From NCBI GenBank assembly GCA_051362555.1, contig CM120647.1, forward strand, positions 1,178,001-1,242,000: 64,000 bases of DNA, written 5' to 3'. Below the pieces are notes generated by a model. That model worked only from the letters and a program-made list of their open reading frames with translations. It ran no database searches and had not been told where the DNA came from. Positions 23,562 to 37,214 of this stretch are shown piece by piece; the first letter of the stretch is position 1, and the number at the start of each line of letters is the position of its first letter. The DNA comes from Lingula anatina. Taxonomy: Eukaryota; Animalia; Brachiopoda. A program made the position numbers and the translations under genes.

Positions 23562-26500
23562 TCTGAAATTGGGCTGGTTTGTATTGAATAATTCCATATC
23601 GGTTAAAACACTGGAACAACAATGGGCCTGCATCCATAATCACCAACCAACGGCCCAGGTCACCGCAATCTTATTCAGATATAAAGGTATTAACCAAATG
23701 GACAAAAGTAAAATAAGTACTCATTCACCAAGACCGCCATTTAAACCAAGCAAGGAATTTATTTTCCATTAAAAAATTATCCCATTGTTAACATTCAATA
23801 TTGAATTTTCCAAAGGTGGCAGGAACAAACGTCGAAATAACACTTTATGACACCAAGTCCAGTCCATTCCTACGATCTATGGAACATGTGCGTGTTCCCA
23901 GTTCCATAAGGTCCCTAAGGAGAGCGCCCGTTTGCACTAGAAAATTACAAACATTGATTCACGCTGAAATCTCATTACATTTACGTGTGAACAATCATTT
24001 GATGTGACCCTTACATGAAAGACATGACAAACTATAACGCATTTCGAAATTGCTGTCGTTTATTTTTCCACTAATCCCTAATGCGTGCTGGTCTCCGTAT
24101 CTCGAAAGGTTCGCTATGTTGCGCACGTACGCATGTGTCTCGATTCCATAACCGATTCTATTTGGAGATACGGGGCCATGGAATCGAGACACTTTAGCAC
24201 GTGCGCAAGCGTCCCGATTCCATGGCCCCGTATTTCGAAATAGAATCGGTTGTGGAATCGAGACACTTGCGCACGTGCTTCGTATTCGCATTTCTTGCAG
24301 CTCAGGACCGATTGAGATAAAAAAAAAAAAAAAAACCGATAGATTATTATCTTTTGCGTTTTACTAAATGAGCCACCAAGGATATGAACGGCGCTTAAAT
24401 GAATCGTTGTGTTGTTCATGCTTGGTGAGCATATTGACTTAAATTTGTTCGAACATGGTTGCGAACATTTACGGCTACACTGCACATAACTGACACTGGT
24501 TGTATTAAATCGACTGGGTTTTACATTTGATAGATGGAGACCGTATCTAGTACGTGCACATGTGCACATGTTCTCCTTGCAGGGTGACAGAGTTCAAACT
24601 TACTGCAACCCACCACGCTCAAATACTAGAAAAAAAACTGCAAGAAATGAAATAATTGGCACAGATTTATAAGCACGTAGTGTTGGAATCAATGCTGAAA
24701 AAGATTGCTAAGTCTCTGCAGGGACTGGTGATTCATATTTTTGCAACTTCTTTCTCTCTCTCTCTCTCTCTGTTATGTACCTAAGAACCCATTCATATCA
24801 GCGGACTAACAGACCCCGGGGGGAGGGGGGATTAACAGGAGTCTGACCTGATTTTTCACCGCTTGCCGTAGACTTTGGCATAAAGCTTAAAATCGATCTC
24901 TGTTTTTTAACTTTCGCTTTCGGCGAGGAAGCCGCCATTTTAACCACGCTTCATCAGGCTGAATATCACTGTCACGCCGTCTATCATTTGGTTGACTATC
25001 CCGCGAAATGAGAGAACTGCTCAATCGCTCAACTTACTTTAGTGCAGCGGAGTCACACGAGGATTGCCGATTGGACTTGTAGTCATGAAGAGGTACTATT
25101 GATATTACGACAACAAATGACGACGCTGCTTGAAACGATCTCTTACGAGGGTACATCGGAAACATCGTCGCAATATGACGACGTTAGCTACATTGTGTTA
25201 ACAAGTCAGTGCAGCGGACGATGCGAAGAAATTTATACCGGTGATGATTATTTAGATAAACAATTTTAGACGCCACTCTCAATGTGTCTTTTATCATCTC
25301 AAGAACAATGATAGCACCCTCACTCGGTTTGTATGCGAGAATTTTCGCATCTTTAGTAATTTTTGTGCGAGAATTTTATTTTTTTGGCGAGAATCTCGCA
25401 GAATCGCGGCCTCGGCAGAACCCTGGACCCCCAGATCAAATATGGCGACCTACTATAAACCTTGCCGCTTAATTCTCGATTAGACACAGAATAGATTTCC
25501 CTCGGGGATTACACAACAATCATTCAAGTGGGTCGGCCATATTTGATCCGCGGATCTGTTAGTCCTCTGTTCTGGTTTGTATTGAATAATTCCATATCGG
25601 TTAAAACACTGGAACAACAATGGACCCACATCCATAATCACCCACCAACAGCCCGGGACACCGCAATCCCATCTGGTTTACTTATTCAGATACAATGGCA
25701 TTAACCAAATGGACAATAGTAAAAAAAATACTCATTCACAAAGACCGCCATTTAAATTAAGTGAGGAATTTATTTTCCATTAAAAAATTATCCCATTGTT
25801 AACATTCAACATTGAATTTTCCAAAGGTGGCAGGAACAAACGTCGAAATAACACTTTATGACACAGAATAGATTTCCCTCGGGGATTACACAACAATCAT
25901 TCAAGTGGGTCGGCCATATTTGATCCGCGGATCTGTTAGTCCTCTGTTCTGAATGCTGCCTAATGCACTGCGGTAGGGGTTGTCTTGGCAGCACGAAAAA
26001 AAGAGCGAAAACAAATATGATACAATTGTATACTGATACTGTGTGTAATAGCAGTTAGGTGTGATATACATGTACAAATTAAAGGGATAATAACTCCTCG
26101 TATGAGATCTATATTTCACGATAAAAACATTGCAAACAACTCATAGAAATATAATTCATTCTGTTTTACCACAAAAACGGCAGTTATAGCTATTATTCTG
26201 ATATCTGAGCTTGTCATTGGACCACGTGACCTCCATGGATGGCTATACTCTGTAATGATCTCTTAATCTCTTAAGAGATTATAACAAAAAAAAATAATAA
26301 TAACACGGGCTATCTTTGGATGTAGAAACGTAGGAACGGATTCATCAAAAATTGATAAGTATGAGAAAATTGTTGTTTACTCCAGGAAAATTCATTGTTT
26401 GGCCAAAACGAACAGTTATTATCCCTTTAAACATAGTGTCGTACATCGTGCAATAATTCAGCATAATATGGTACATAACGCAGATGTAACACAGCGAATA

Positions 26501-27540
26501 CAAGTAGTTCTCATTCATTATTTCTGTCCTGGCCTATTTTTCGTATTGTTCCATAAACCAAGCCCATTGAATTCATACCACGATGTTGTTGTAAACAGCA
26601 TTTTCATCAATGAAGTTACTTAACGTAGTCATGATGGATTTTTTTCTATTTATTATTATTATTATTATTTATTTTTTTAAATTTATTTATTTATTTATTT
26701 ATTTTTTTTGCACAATTTGGTGAGGATTGCGGCAAACGCTGAGTCATAGCATCGGGAATAATTTGTCCAAACCTTTTGGAAACCGCTTTATATGTAACCA
26801 AAGTGAATAAGTGCTAACTTCAAGAAGATTGCAGAAAAAGCATTTAAATCATCAACGAAAACGCCCTTATACCCAGTAATTCTCTTATTATCTAATAACT
26901 ACTCGTCGTTATCTCATCCCATTTCGGGAAATGTCAATATTCATCATGATGCAGGCGTCAATATACAGCATGTTACCTGAGGAAGATTTGGGAAGGCTGG
27001 CTTTAAGTGGTACAAATTGAAGAGGTGTAACATTATATCATACCTGATAAATCAAAGTCCAAAGTTTGAAACGCTTAGGATTCTTAGGGTGTATTCCCAG
27101 AGGTTTAGATCGATCCAGAGATTAAGATTTAGATCGACCTAACTCCCTGGGGGTTCACGCTAAATTGCAGTTAGCCGAGCGCGCACCATAGTTAATTACC
27201 CCCTTACAGCTTTCAGTAGGCGGGACAGACGCTTAAGCCGGTAAAGCTGACAGTAATCAAGTGAGACTCTCCACAGGGATAGATCGATCTAAAATCTATG
27301 GAAATGGGGTCTTAGTATTTGTGTTCTTGTTACTATTTTAAGCAACCATTACCAGATAAAGGCGCCGTTGTAGTCTGTACAACAAGTAAATAGGGCACTT
27401 CATACAAGTCTTGAAAAAAAATTTCATGATTGACTCACGATTAAACTGTTTCACTAAGCGACCAAATGAAAACAGCAGAAAAATAAAGCTAACTGCATCG
27501 TAACATGCTTGAGATGAAGGCCCTGTCAAACCCATTTGAA

Positions 27541-27571
<31 letters not shown>

Positions 27572-30500
27572 TACACTGGTGGATTCCACTTGACTATCTC
27601 TAGATCTGCTTTATGTGTACGAGTTAAGCATTCCTGTTGTAATATTTATTTATTTACCACTAACTATCCTTTTATAGTAAGTGCATGCTTACAAAAACAT
27701 GGGATATATTACATAAACCGTCAAATTTGCCGTATTTCTTACTGAAACTTGGAACTTAAGACACAGAGTCCTGCTTTCTTGTGCTTATAATTCAAGCAGT
27801 TTGAGTATCTAAAATTGATAGTCCTATTATAAGAGCTTCGGTTACATCAAACTTTCATACAAACTGGGTATACAGCTTTATTCTCCATTAATGTTTTGGT
27901 AAATCCATCGAATAATTCTCCAGTGGCCAAAATTAATCATGAAGCATCTGGTCAATTAGCAAACCAACTGCTTTCCTCGGCTGAGTAACATTACATAATA
28001 TATCATATTATGTAAAATACATGGGCTTCAGGGGAGGTGTGCGATAGATTATGACTAACGAGACAGGAATCAGTGATAGGTTTTACGTCGGGTGTGTTTG
28101 CAGAAAAAGAGGGGGAATGTGATAGTCTCGTTTATTGGTATTTGGTAATTTAACCGTTGTAACGGTTCTCGTCGACAGAAGGGCGAAACCCAAAGAAAAC
28201 AACGATTTCCGAAGTCTGGTTTAGTATTGTCCAGCTAGTTGTGGACAAAACGAGACATTAACCCCGTCGATTACTGCTGTTCATCCCATTTATTCAGTTC
28301 ATCCCAGTCGAGGATCCACACCGTCTTCGACCGGATTCCAGCAAACAGTCAACCAGTTTGGATCCGCCCTTGTATTGTGTCCTGCATGTCCGTCGTTGCA
28401 CGGTCAGTTTGAGGACTTCTGGCCATACATTGCAGATCTGTCTCTCTGGAGACAGTTTCTACGTGACGTTGATCGCCCATGGAGAGCGGTAATCCCAACA
28501 GAGTTGTTTCCTGGCCATTTCCCTTCGATCAGTCTCAATTTAATTGGTCATTCCGCTTGTTCCTACTAGTAAAGTAATCACTCTTCGGATACTACATGTG
28601 GTCATTGCGTCTCTCTCCCACTGGACATGCCAAATGGACGCTCGATCATCAACCATTAACGCAATATCAATCGTACTATCTGCATTTCATCATCATTATG
28701 AAGCACTGCCTGAACGCAAATGGGGGAATATGTCTTACTATGTAACAATTGGGGATTGATACCACGAGGGTAGCAACACTGTGACGTCATATCTGAACCT
28801 GTTGGGATTAAAATGTCCATTAACAAGAACATAGTAATGGTAATGGCCTCTTGGATACCAATTATTTCATATGCACCTACTCTGAATGGAGAAAGGTGTG
28901 CATAGAGTTGGTGGTGTACAGGTTATTAGGTCAAGGCCATGCCACGGGGTATCTAGGTCATGTTATTAGGTCAAGGTCTAGGTCATACAGATGTGGTGTC
29001 CCATGCATTACACTTAATCACTTGTGCCATCCAAAATAATACCCATGGATTTGAACGGACTTTTTTCTAAACCATAATTGAACATGATGGTCTGTTGATA
29101 GACAGAAGAGATCAGACTAAAAGGAAAACGATATTGAGTTGTATGTTGTTCCATCTATCTACTGATCCAATCATATTTCAAGAAAGAAGTTGTTATGGTC
29201 CTCGCGAAAGATGTGCAAGTATGGAGAACAGATCCCCGGTTTTATTTTAATCTTCTGCGAAGTTATGCGAGTAAAAACGTCATCAAATATTAGAAAGCAA
29301 GAATCAAGAGTACATGCAGCAATTTAGTCTGTCATCGCTCTGCACGGGGTTACATATAAAGGCTACTTGATGACTCACCCTTATAAAGACAAACAACTAT
29401 TTTGCTAGATCTTTAATTTAAACGTGACTTTTCAACCCCTTCACGTATCCATAATTCAGTTGGCTCTCTTGGCTGGAATGAACAGCTCACTTTTATTAAC
29501 AGCTATGGTCATAAGTTTCAACTTTCATTGCACGCAAATGATTCATTTGTAAGAGTGACTGTGACTGAACTGTATTTAGCTTATTAAAGGTCACTGGTTT
29601 GCGCATGCTTACGTGCACATCAGCCATAATTCTGAGTATGTGGAAAATATTTTATTAAAAAAGAAAATATTTTCTTGCGTTTCCTGTTACAAAGAAATAA
29701 TTTCAGAAAATAGGGTTTGGTAAGTTACGTTGAACTTGACAAAAAGTTTTATGAAAATTTCGAAAACGAAAAGATATCGTGGATTGGAATGGTCATACGT
29801 CTACCCAATTATAATTGGTTAAGACAATTCTATCCAGAGAGATTTTCAAAGTTAATAACACAGTTGCGGCGGGAAAAGCTCTGACGTATGACATAACAAA
29901 AGAGACAGTGCTATATGGGTCGAATGCATCATAGCGGACTTCCATTTCTGTTCGCCATTTCTTTGTACAGGTGTAACAGAAATGGTAGTCCGCTTGGAAC
30001 CGTACTCCGTTCCCCATTACTTTGTACAGGTGACATTCGTCCCATATATTAACCCCAATACTCCGACTAACCCTAACCTGTACTAATCATATGAGAGCCC
30101 GGACTTCCATTCCTATGAATATCATTCCTGTTACACCGGCTTGAAGACAAATAAACGACATTTAAACCAAATACAAGGTATCATCACAATCTCAGAATAC
30201 ACGGAGTGCGAGCAGACAGTTGACTGAATGAGTTCTGAAATAAGTCGGCATTATTTACAAAAGTCCTAAATCGCGGCTTAAAATTGGAACTATGTCCAAA
30301 AGTCAATCAAACCAATGGCTAATATTATTTCAAATGTTATTTAAAATGCGAATAGACTGCCTTTTTTGGATATTTCAGAACGCAACTAAAAAGTTCAACA
30401 GGCATTGGAACAAAAAGATTGACTTTCTCTGTCACCATGCTGTTGGTAATAGGCATTTAACAATTAAAAAGGCACCAAAATGAAAGATTCAGCTGAAGCA

Positions 30501-30782
30501 AGTTTAGTTTAAATTCTGAAGCATGCCAGCAGGTCACGGAGTCAATTTCGGCGTCACTCAAGCACAGATCGTTGATTATGCTGGCGGTGATTATCTCGTC
30601 CAATAGCTGTTTCAATAAGCCCACGTAAACTGTGGCCTCGAATTGAATTATTAAAGACGCATCAAAATTTAACAACTGTTTTCATTAAGATGTGGCGGTA
30701 TGCCATTTGGATTGCCTTGTAAACGATTTCTCTTAATACTTGCAATTTTCTTTCTTTCTTTCTTTCATTCTTTCTTTCATTC

Positions 30783-30849
<67 letters not shown>

Positions 30850-31712
30850 TTTTTTTTTTGGGGGGGGGGTGATTCTTTTTAGTGTTATATATTACCCGTT
30901 GATATCAGGGGCTTTTAAAATAGCATACAAAATTAAAGAATGATATAATTATTTTGTAACAAACTATGTTAAAATGTGTACAGCTTGTCTTGATTACAAG
31001 TGCATTTATAAAACATAAAAAACAGACTTAATGGCAACGTGTACAACACTTCAAGCTGTCGCCCAGCAGATATTCACAGACATTTTCAAATAAAGGAAAA
31101 CCAATTTCATGTTTAGTGATGTTTGAAATTAACGACAACATGTCCGGACTTCCGTGTCAAAATTCACTTAGGACTGTTGTAATTCCGCGTTTCTACCGCA
31201 AATCGGGTGGAAAACCCCCAGAGAACGTTAATGCTTTAACCTCTACCACCACTGGTTGCTAAGTGGGTCTCTGGGGGCTGCAATTCACTCGCCTGGCGCT
31301 CAGCGTGGGCGTACGGAAGATAGAGTACTTCCATAACGGGATATTGTATTGTTTTTGTAAGCAATCAGCCATTGCAATACCAACTGACAGTATGTGGGTG
31401 TATTGCATTTTCTGCAAATTGAAAGTTATAATCAGACTTTCCCAAATTCATGGTAAAAGTAATTTTCTGGTAGAATTGTGGTGTTTTACAGAATTTGGAG
31501 CAAATGTATTTTAAACTACTTACCAAATACAAAGAACAAAAAATGTAATGAAAAACCAATAAAATACGCCCTCACACACGCAGTCCTTTACCACGCAAAC
31601 GAAGTTACATTAATTATTGTGAGTCATCTAATATTTAAGTAAAACCGAGATTGGACTAAACAGCCAAAATTATATTTTCTTCCAGACAATTCATTAATTA
31701 GAGCTTCATCTC

Positions 31713-31748
<36 letters not shown>

Positions 31749-32908
31749 AGAGAGAGTACACGCTGCACTTTCAAAAAGTTTTCCTATCGAGATTCACCAC
31801 AGTCATGGGGCAAATGTCATAAAAATCGGGACAGGGTTTTCTCTACCACAAACATTAAACTAAGGCCTACTTCAGTGGTAATCCACGACATCGCTGCAAT
31901 ATATAAGCATAGACAACTCAAAGCTTTAATCGTCAATTCAACACGTACCTATTTTGAGGTGAGATAGCAATCGGTATCGGGCGTAACGTCATCCCTAAAC
32001 GAGATTTTATCACGAAAATTGACAGTCTAGATAACAAGTGTATAGACTAAAATCTCGTGTCGTCATTTTGGTTTAAATGTTTTTATTATGGAGTAATGAA
32101 CCCCTAATTACAGATTTTCATTAAACCAAGGCATTGTTTTGCCTTATCATCGATGAAATTTGAAGTAAGACCTTTAAGAAAAATCGCTGGCAGGGTTTTG
32201 GATAACTAAATGAGATCATTCAATCGGCGTTGAAACGGTGATCGTGGGTGCTCAGGTAAAAGAGAAAGTTGAGAAATCGATTTTTCAGTTTTGGCCCAAA
32301 ATCCACAATTATGACGTCACCCGTCAGATGATATTTGTGTAAACGTTCATTAATTTAGTCACTGGATACTGAAGATAAATGTAATACCCCAAAGAATGTA
32401 TGTAAGGCCGTAAAAAGGAGTTTTGGGCGAAGGGTTACAATATCCTTAAATGCAGAATCTCAACTTTTATAATTCAAAGAGTTTTCCTATGAAATTATCT
32501 TACAGTAACGCTATTGTGTGCAGACCACAGAAAACTTCTGATACATGTTAATTGTCTGTAATTGAGTCTCGGGCATGGGCACACGGCTCGTATTAGTAAT
32601 GCAATTGTCTCTATCACTTTAATTGGTTCCAGTCAATATTAATTTTATCTCACTTAATTGCCCCTTTTCTAACGTTACGATAATTTGCGGCCACGCGGTC
32701 TGTCACGTCAATACATGCGGTATCAAACCAGGCAGCAGCCTAGAAAGAAACAGAGTTTTAAGATTTCAAAGTTTACCCTGGGCACATTGCTTGCCCTTAC
32801 GATGGTTGCCTAGTGATAAAGGCGACGTGAGAAAGTAGAGCCTACTGGTTTTGTGGGAGTTACCAATGAGTGGCAGGTCAACTACAGTTATTTTAGACCT
32901 CTCTCCCA

Positions 32909-32939
<31 letters not shown>

Positions 32940-33236
32940 GCGTAATGTTCTCCATTCCTCATGCGATATTTTCAATAGTCTGCACATGAACGCTGTCCTT
33001 ATGATGAACATAATCACAAAACACATTCCAATACTAAAGAATAATTGAATAATTCTATAAGTTATCTATTGTGTCAGAAACACTCACGTGCTGCCATTGC
33101 CCAAGAGTTCCATCTCCATGGATTTATGTTTTGTGCTGCTTATTCTCTTCTTGTCCTCTTTGCTTTCATCGTCAAGGTTCTTGTACGGCGTCCTGTCTTC
33201 TTGCAACAACGCTTCTTTATTCGCCGAGTTACCCAT
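18074..33236 (-). CDS. Zinc transporter of the ZnT2/ZnT3/ZnT8-like group (SLC30A, cation diffusion facilitator), spliced gene, 471 aa from ATG 33236 (569 aa if the 40138-40424 exon is coding)
   Basis: Exons 33088-33236(33243), 22546-22610, 21445-21558, 20886-21032, 20196-20349, 19578-19974, 19099-19204, 18518-18652 and 18074-18222 all have GT-AG introns with consistent phases. Motifs: N-terminal [17 protein letters not shown] (TM2 HxxxD), SFGWHRAEV, His-rich loop, [14 protein letters not shown] (TM5 HxxxD), [24 protein letters not shown] and a C-terminal CxxC. Confidence 0.93.
18471..18512. repeat. (GA)n microsatellite
   Basis: Direct reading; other GA/CA tracts at 1555-1596, 16600-16640, 21669-21704, 21886-21929, 23489-23561, 30751-30870, 34393-34436 and 48721-48768. 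Confidence 0.95.
18518..18652 (-). CDS. ZnT exon (cytosolic C-terminal domain)
   Basis: [44 protein letters not shown]; tttcag| and |gtgagt. Confidence 0.94.
19099..19204 (-). CDS. ZnT exon (TM6)
   Basis: [35 protein letters not shown]; ttttag| and |gtaagc. Confidence 0.95.
19578..19974 (-). CDS. ZnT exon (His-rich loop, TM5)
   Basis: ctctag|G CTG GGA ATG...YYK|gtaac; [12 protein letters not shown]...[32 protein letters not shown]. Confidence 0.95.
20196..20349 (-). CDS. ZnT exon (TM3-4)
   Basis: [50 protein letters not shown]; ttgcag| and |gtaagt. Confidence 0.95.
20886..21032 (-). CDS. ZnT exon (TM2)
   Basis: [48 protein letters not shown]; canonical splice sites. Confidence 0.95.
21445..21558 (-). 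CDS. ZnT exon (HCH motif, TM1)
   Basis: cttcag|TC GCC CAT TGC CAC...ATT G|gtaagt; [37 protein letters not shown]. Confidence 0.92.
22546..22610 (-). CDS. ZnT internal exon
   Basis: ttcacag|A AAA GAC TAC AGC AGT ATC...AGT G|gtaagt; [21 protein letters not shown]. Confidence 0.8.
23574..23853 (+). repeat. ~280-bp segment duplicated at 25572-25864
   Basis: Direct repeat with identical ends and a diverged middle. Confidence 0.9.
24091..24280. mobile_element. Rearranged palindromic copy of the GGCCCCGTA-TIR MITE (family E)
   Basis: 24120-24191 is inverted against 24208-24278; shares GGCCCCGTA.TCGAAA and CAAGCGTCCCGATTCCAT with 50933-51079. Confidence 0.65.
25428..25963. mobile_element. Family B MITE interrupted by a templated insertion and a 91-bp duplication
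   Basis: Matches 12756-12930; 25483-25573 is repeated identically at 25860-25951, on either side of a copy of 23574-23853. Confidence 0.75.
26083..26426. mobile_element. Kolobok-type non-autonomous DNA transposon
   Basis: TTAA|AGGGATAATAACT...AGTTATTATCCCT|TTAA; a full-length relative lies at 57669-57993. Confidence 0.85.
27087..27311. mobile_element. Harbinger-type MITE, family C
   Basis: TTA|GGGTGTATTCCC...GGAAATGGGGTC|TTA; subterminal TAGATCGATCTA palindromes. Confidence 0.82.
29968..30139. mobile_element. Family D element
   Basis: CAGGTGTAACAG...CTGTTACACCGG; internal sequence shared with 16372-16531. Confidence 0.7.
31905..32450. mobile_element. Second, inverted copy of the 7967-8515 repeat
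   Basis: Reverse-complement similarity along its length; terminus TATCC followed by TTAA. Confidence 0.65.
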
Positions 33237-33243
33237 GTTATAC
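33088..33243 (-). CDS. ZnT exon carrying ATG 33236 ([11 protein letters not shown]...)
   Basis: ttctag|G TAT AAC ATG GGT...AGC AC|gtgagt; 156 nt, open, phase 2/2; joins in frame to the exon at 22610. Confidence 0.75.
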
Positions 33244-33494
33244 CTAGAACTAGAAATGTGCACAAACCGTTACTTTTACTGTCAGTAGCTAAGGGATCAT
33301 ATCGGGTACTGAGCAGCCACGGGCAAACTTAAACCGTTCTCAGAGAAATTCCGGCATGTAGAAACGCTTATCATTTGCCTGGATCAGGCCTTGGACATGC
33401 GTGAATAGAACTGCCCAGTGGTCAGTGTAATGACCAGTGTGGCTTTACACCGCTTACTGAGGTATTACACAACAACAACAACAACAACAACAAC

Positions 33495-33542
<48 letters not shown>

Positions 33543-34391
33543 TTGTTTTTTCACATAGCGGTCTGGAGGAAACAAACAGTCTGTCTTCGTGGTTTATATT
33601 TGTTGAAAAGGTTAAAGCTACGGTCCAGAATTCATATAAACATTGCTGTTTAGGTCTAGGATTACTTTTACACGCTGGTGTACTCTGTGCAGCATTATTG
33701 CATCAATATCCATTTCATTATGCTATCTTTTTATGGCCAAGATTGGAGGTTGATTACGTTCGACTTTGTTTTTCAAAAACGTGCCAATCTGTATGTCATA
33801 GTAATCTCAGCGCGGCACAGGGCAACTGAACAACTCGCTTCCTCTTCAGTTTCACCTTTCTTTAAAGTTGACAGGTTTGACAGTCTCTTTTATCAGCCAT
33901 TGTCATTATATGCCTTAGTATTATGTACATATATAACTCGGACAAAGGTTTATCCGATCCGGTATTTGATTGATAAATTTAGCCAGGTAAAACCTGTTTG
34001 GTTAAATATGCATGTTCGTCTAGGTAATTCATTCGCTGAATACAATTGGTTTAGAAAATTAACAAGCCAAAGCTCCAAAACTGATCTTAACTTTAAGTCT
34101 GGCCTATTTTTGTACAAGATAAAGCTAGGAAGATAATAGATAATGATTCATAATAGTCCATTAAATAATCTTGATCTGGGATATTTGGCATGTCTCGCCT
34201 GTATCAAAATAGGCACAATGTTTCATTTTCAAAATAAATAAAAAAATAGTACAATAATTTATTATGGGTCAAAGCAGACAAAATTGTTTTTTCCAAAGAT
34301 TTTTGTTTCTTTTTGATTCTGACTACTGAAATAAATAAACAATGCACAAAGTATGAAAAGCTCATAAATAAAGAACTCAGAACTCCTCTCA

Positions 34392-34437
<46 letters not shown>

Positions 34438-34483
34438 AACACACTCATATTCCATCGTTCGCTCCCTTATAAGTCTAAAGTAC

Positions 34484-34538
<55 letters not shown>

Positions 34539-35116
34539 CAATGAAAGTTACTAGTCAAGAAACAAAAATCTTAAAAACAAGGTTTGAAAATCGAAATCTA
34601 AAGGTTCTATATTCTTCTTCTTATTATTATTATTCAAAAAAATAAAAAATAAATAAAAAGTGTCAGCCACTGTATCCACTGCTCAAAAAAATTATCGTAC
34701 ATATAAAAAACGTGACGCAAAGCGATATTTTTGACTACAAATTTAGTTGTCTGGCGCCGGTATGACTTGTTTTTAACATTAACTCAACACAACCAGTCCA
34801 ACTGTTCGCGACTTACTGAAATGATGAGAGAGGCAGGTGTGACAGACCGAAGATTGGGCTAGTCTGCTGGTGAACTGATCGTAATCAAAAGGACTTCTGA
34901 TATGAAGATCACGGAGAGAGACAACACCACAGATGCACTGCACTATGTACTTAATACGGTCATATACAGAATGAATTATCAGACATGGGGAAAACTTTGG
35001 AGCATCTGGCGGGTTCTCTCAATTTTGTGCTATGTATTTTATTATTGATAGTCAATGTTTACATGCGACTTTTTCCGTGTATTGTATTTTCACATAAACC
35101 TGGCCAGTCCAGGGAA

Positions 35117-35281
35117 CCGGTGTAACAAAACTGAGGTAACAGAACAGTCCGACGTCCATTTAGTTATAATAATTAGGATTAGCTGACCTAAGTGGGTTGA
35201 AATCAAGGGTGCGGTTTACCTGTACAAATGAATGGGAATCGGATACTCTGTTACAGGGGGTTCTCTGTCACATTACACCGG
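35117..35281. mobile_element. Family D element
   Basis: CCGGTGTAA...TTACACCGG termini; internal sequence shared with 16204-16375. Confidence 0.75.
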
Positions 35282-36009
35282 CATAATCAAAAATCTTGCA
35301 GGTCATTAAGGCTTTTAGGCGGTCTTGGGTTTCCCCGTGCCTCTGTTATGTGTATCGAATAAGCCATACATGCTTTGAACTGAACACAGTCAGAGTATTG
35401 TTGATCCTCACTGCATCAATCTCCCACCTAGACCGTAGCCATTATTACATCTGTCACAATACAAAATAAGTAATTAAGACTGGCCTAACTTGGGTGGAAA
35501 CGCGCCCTATGGTACCATGTCTGATGATTAGTATGCAGTACGGCATAAGATACAATGTAACTTTAACAACCACTAACGCGCTACTCTAAAACTCGTTCTG
35601 GAAATGTTTTGCTATAAGGGAGAGAAATTACATGCCCCCTGAGTGGAGCGAACTGTTATCGTTAATTGAATTACCCAGATTATGTTTTCTATAACGGAGT
35701 TTGCTGTGGCATTGAAATATGCTAGCTGTGGAATTACCTGACCGTCTTAACACACAGGGTCACAAAGACAAATACATGCTGTTCACAACAGGGTTAATTT
35801 AAACCGGGGTAATACAATAATTGCAGTAATTAACTTAAGCAGAGGTCTGGAGTAAACCGTCATCCTCCACACAGCACTGCTGCCACCACGTCCCTCACAG
35901 CCGATACCTCAAATGACACTATTACACTAATGACACTAGCGACACCCATGGCATTATGGCACTGACCAACAGACCCCCCCCCCCCCCCCCGAGGAAAACA
36001 ATGACCAAA

Positions 36010-36125
36010 GGGACCACCCCTGGGGCACCAGTGACCTTTAGGTCACCCCCTCGGACACTGGTGTTCTACGAGTCACTCCCTGGGGCACTAGTGACATACA
36101 GATAACTCCTCGGGCATCAGTCACC
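36010..36125. repeat. Degenerate ~30-bp minisatellite x4
   Basis: Recurring CCCT(G/C)GG.CAC..GTGAC. Confidence 0.7.
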
Positions 36126-37214
36126 AAAATCTACTTTGAATCTAGCTTAAAACTGAACAGGTCTAAAAAAGTTCCCAGCCGCTGCAGAAAGCTCTCCGAT
36201 ATTTCTAAACATGTATCAATTTGGATATAATATTGGGAAGCGATGGACGCGTCTCTTGAAATAGCGGCTCAGTGCAAGATGACAACAACTGAAGAACCTT
36301 TTATCGTTTAAAGAACAGGCCTGATCGTACACGCCTACCTTTACTATGCACCTTCTGTGTAACTGTGCTAGAACGAACGCAATGTGTAAACAGGATTTTC
36401 CTTTCACAAGGTAATTTTCTAGCAGCGTCGCTCCAGTCTAGTTCTCCTTGTACAGCGTGCAGCGGTTCAGTGTGAAGGTCTGCCGCCACAGTATGCCCCT
36501 GCACACGGCAATGGCAGCGGCCCAACCTCCCAGCTCGAGTTCTTTAGCGGGCTGAGTGCAAATTCAATACACAATCGTTTTGGTATTATTAAATATTCTC
36601 TATCCTCCTTCATAAAGTTGAGTAGCGGTTAGTGAATAATTTGAGGTACTGGTCTAGTGTGGGTGTGTGTGTGGGGGGGGGGGGGGCGGGTTGGCAAATG
36701 TGCACGTGCGGGCGCGCGCGCGGGCGTGTATAGCTGAATAGGTACATGTGGATGTGACCTATCTCAACGGGTCCATATGCATGCAAGCACCTGTGCATAA
36801 TAGCCTTCTGGCACGTAACGGGTATGAGTGTGAGCAAGATGGCATATTCGCACGTGTGTTTGTGTGAGCGCGCACACAAATTGGCTGAGGCACGTCCAAA
36901 ATTGTTCCTACATTTTCATCAGATTTTTTTAATTGAGATGGATGAGAAATAACAAACAAAGAGAAGCAAGGTTTCTCTTTTGTTCCACTGACGTTTTCAC
37001 ATAAATTATACACATTATGTTCACATTTGCTTAGAAAGACTAGGTTGTAAACCTAAAGTATTTCATGGTGGTTTCATGTTATTTTCTCATTGAATTTGAA
37101 GATAATGCATGCCAATTACGTCATTACACCTCATTGCATGATGAAATTTTTATCATACAAACGCACCTCCGTGACTTTCCCAGATACCACAGATTAAGGT
37201 GAATAACCTAAGAG

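Noticed and set aside
26977-27044. Possible extra ZnT exon (ttatcag|GTATGATATAATG...CAG|gtaac)
   Set aside because: It enters in phase 2 but exits in phase 0, which would frameshift the next exon.
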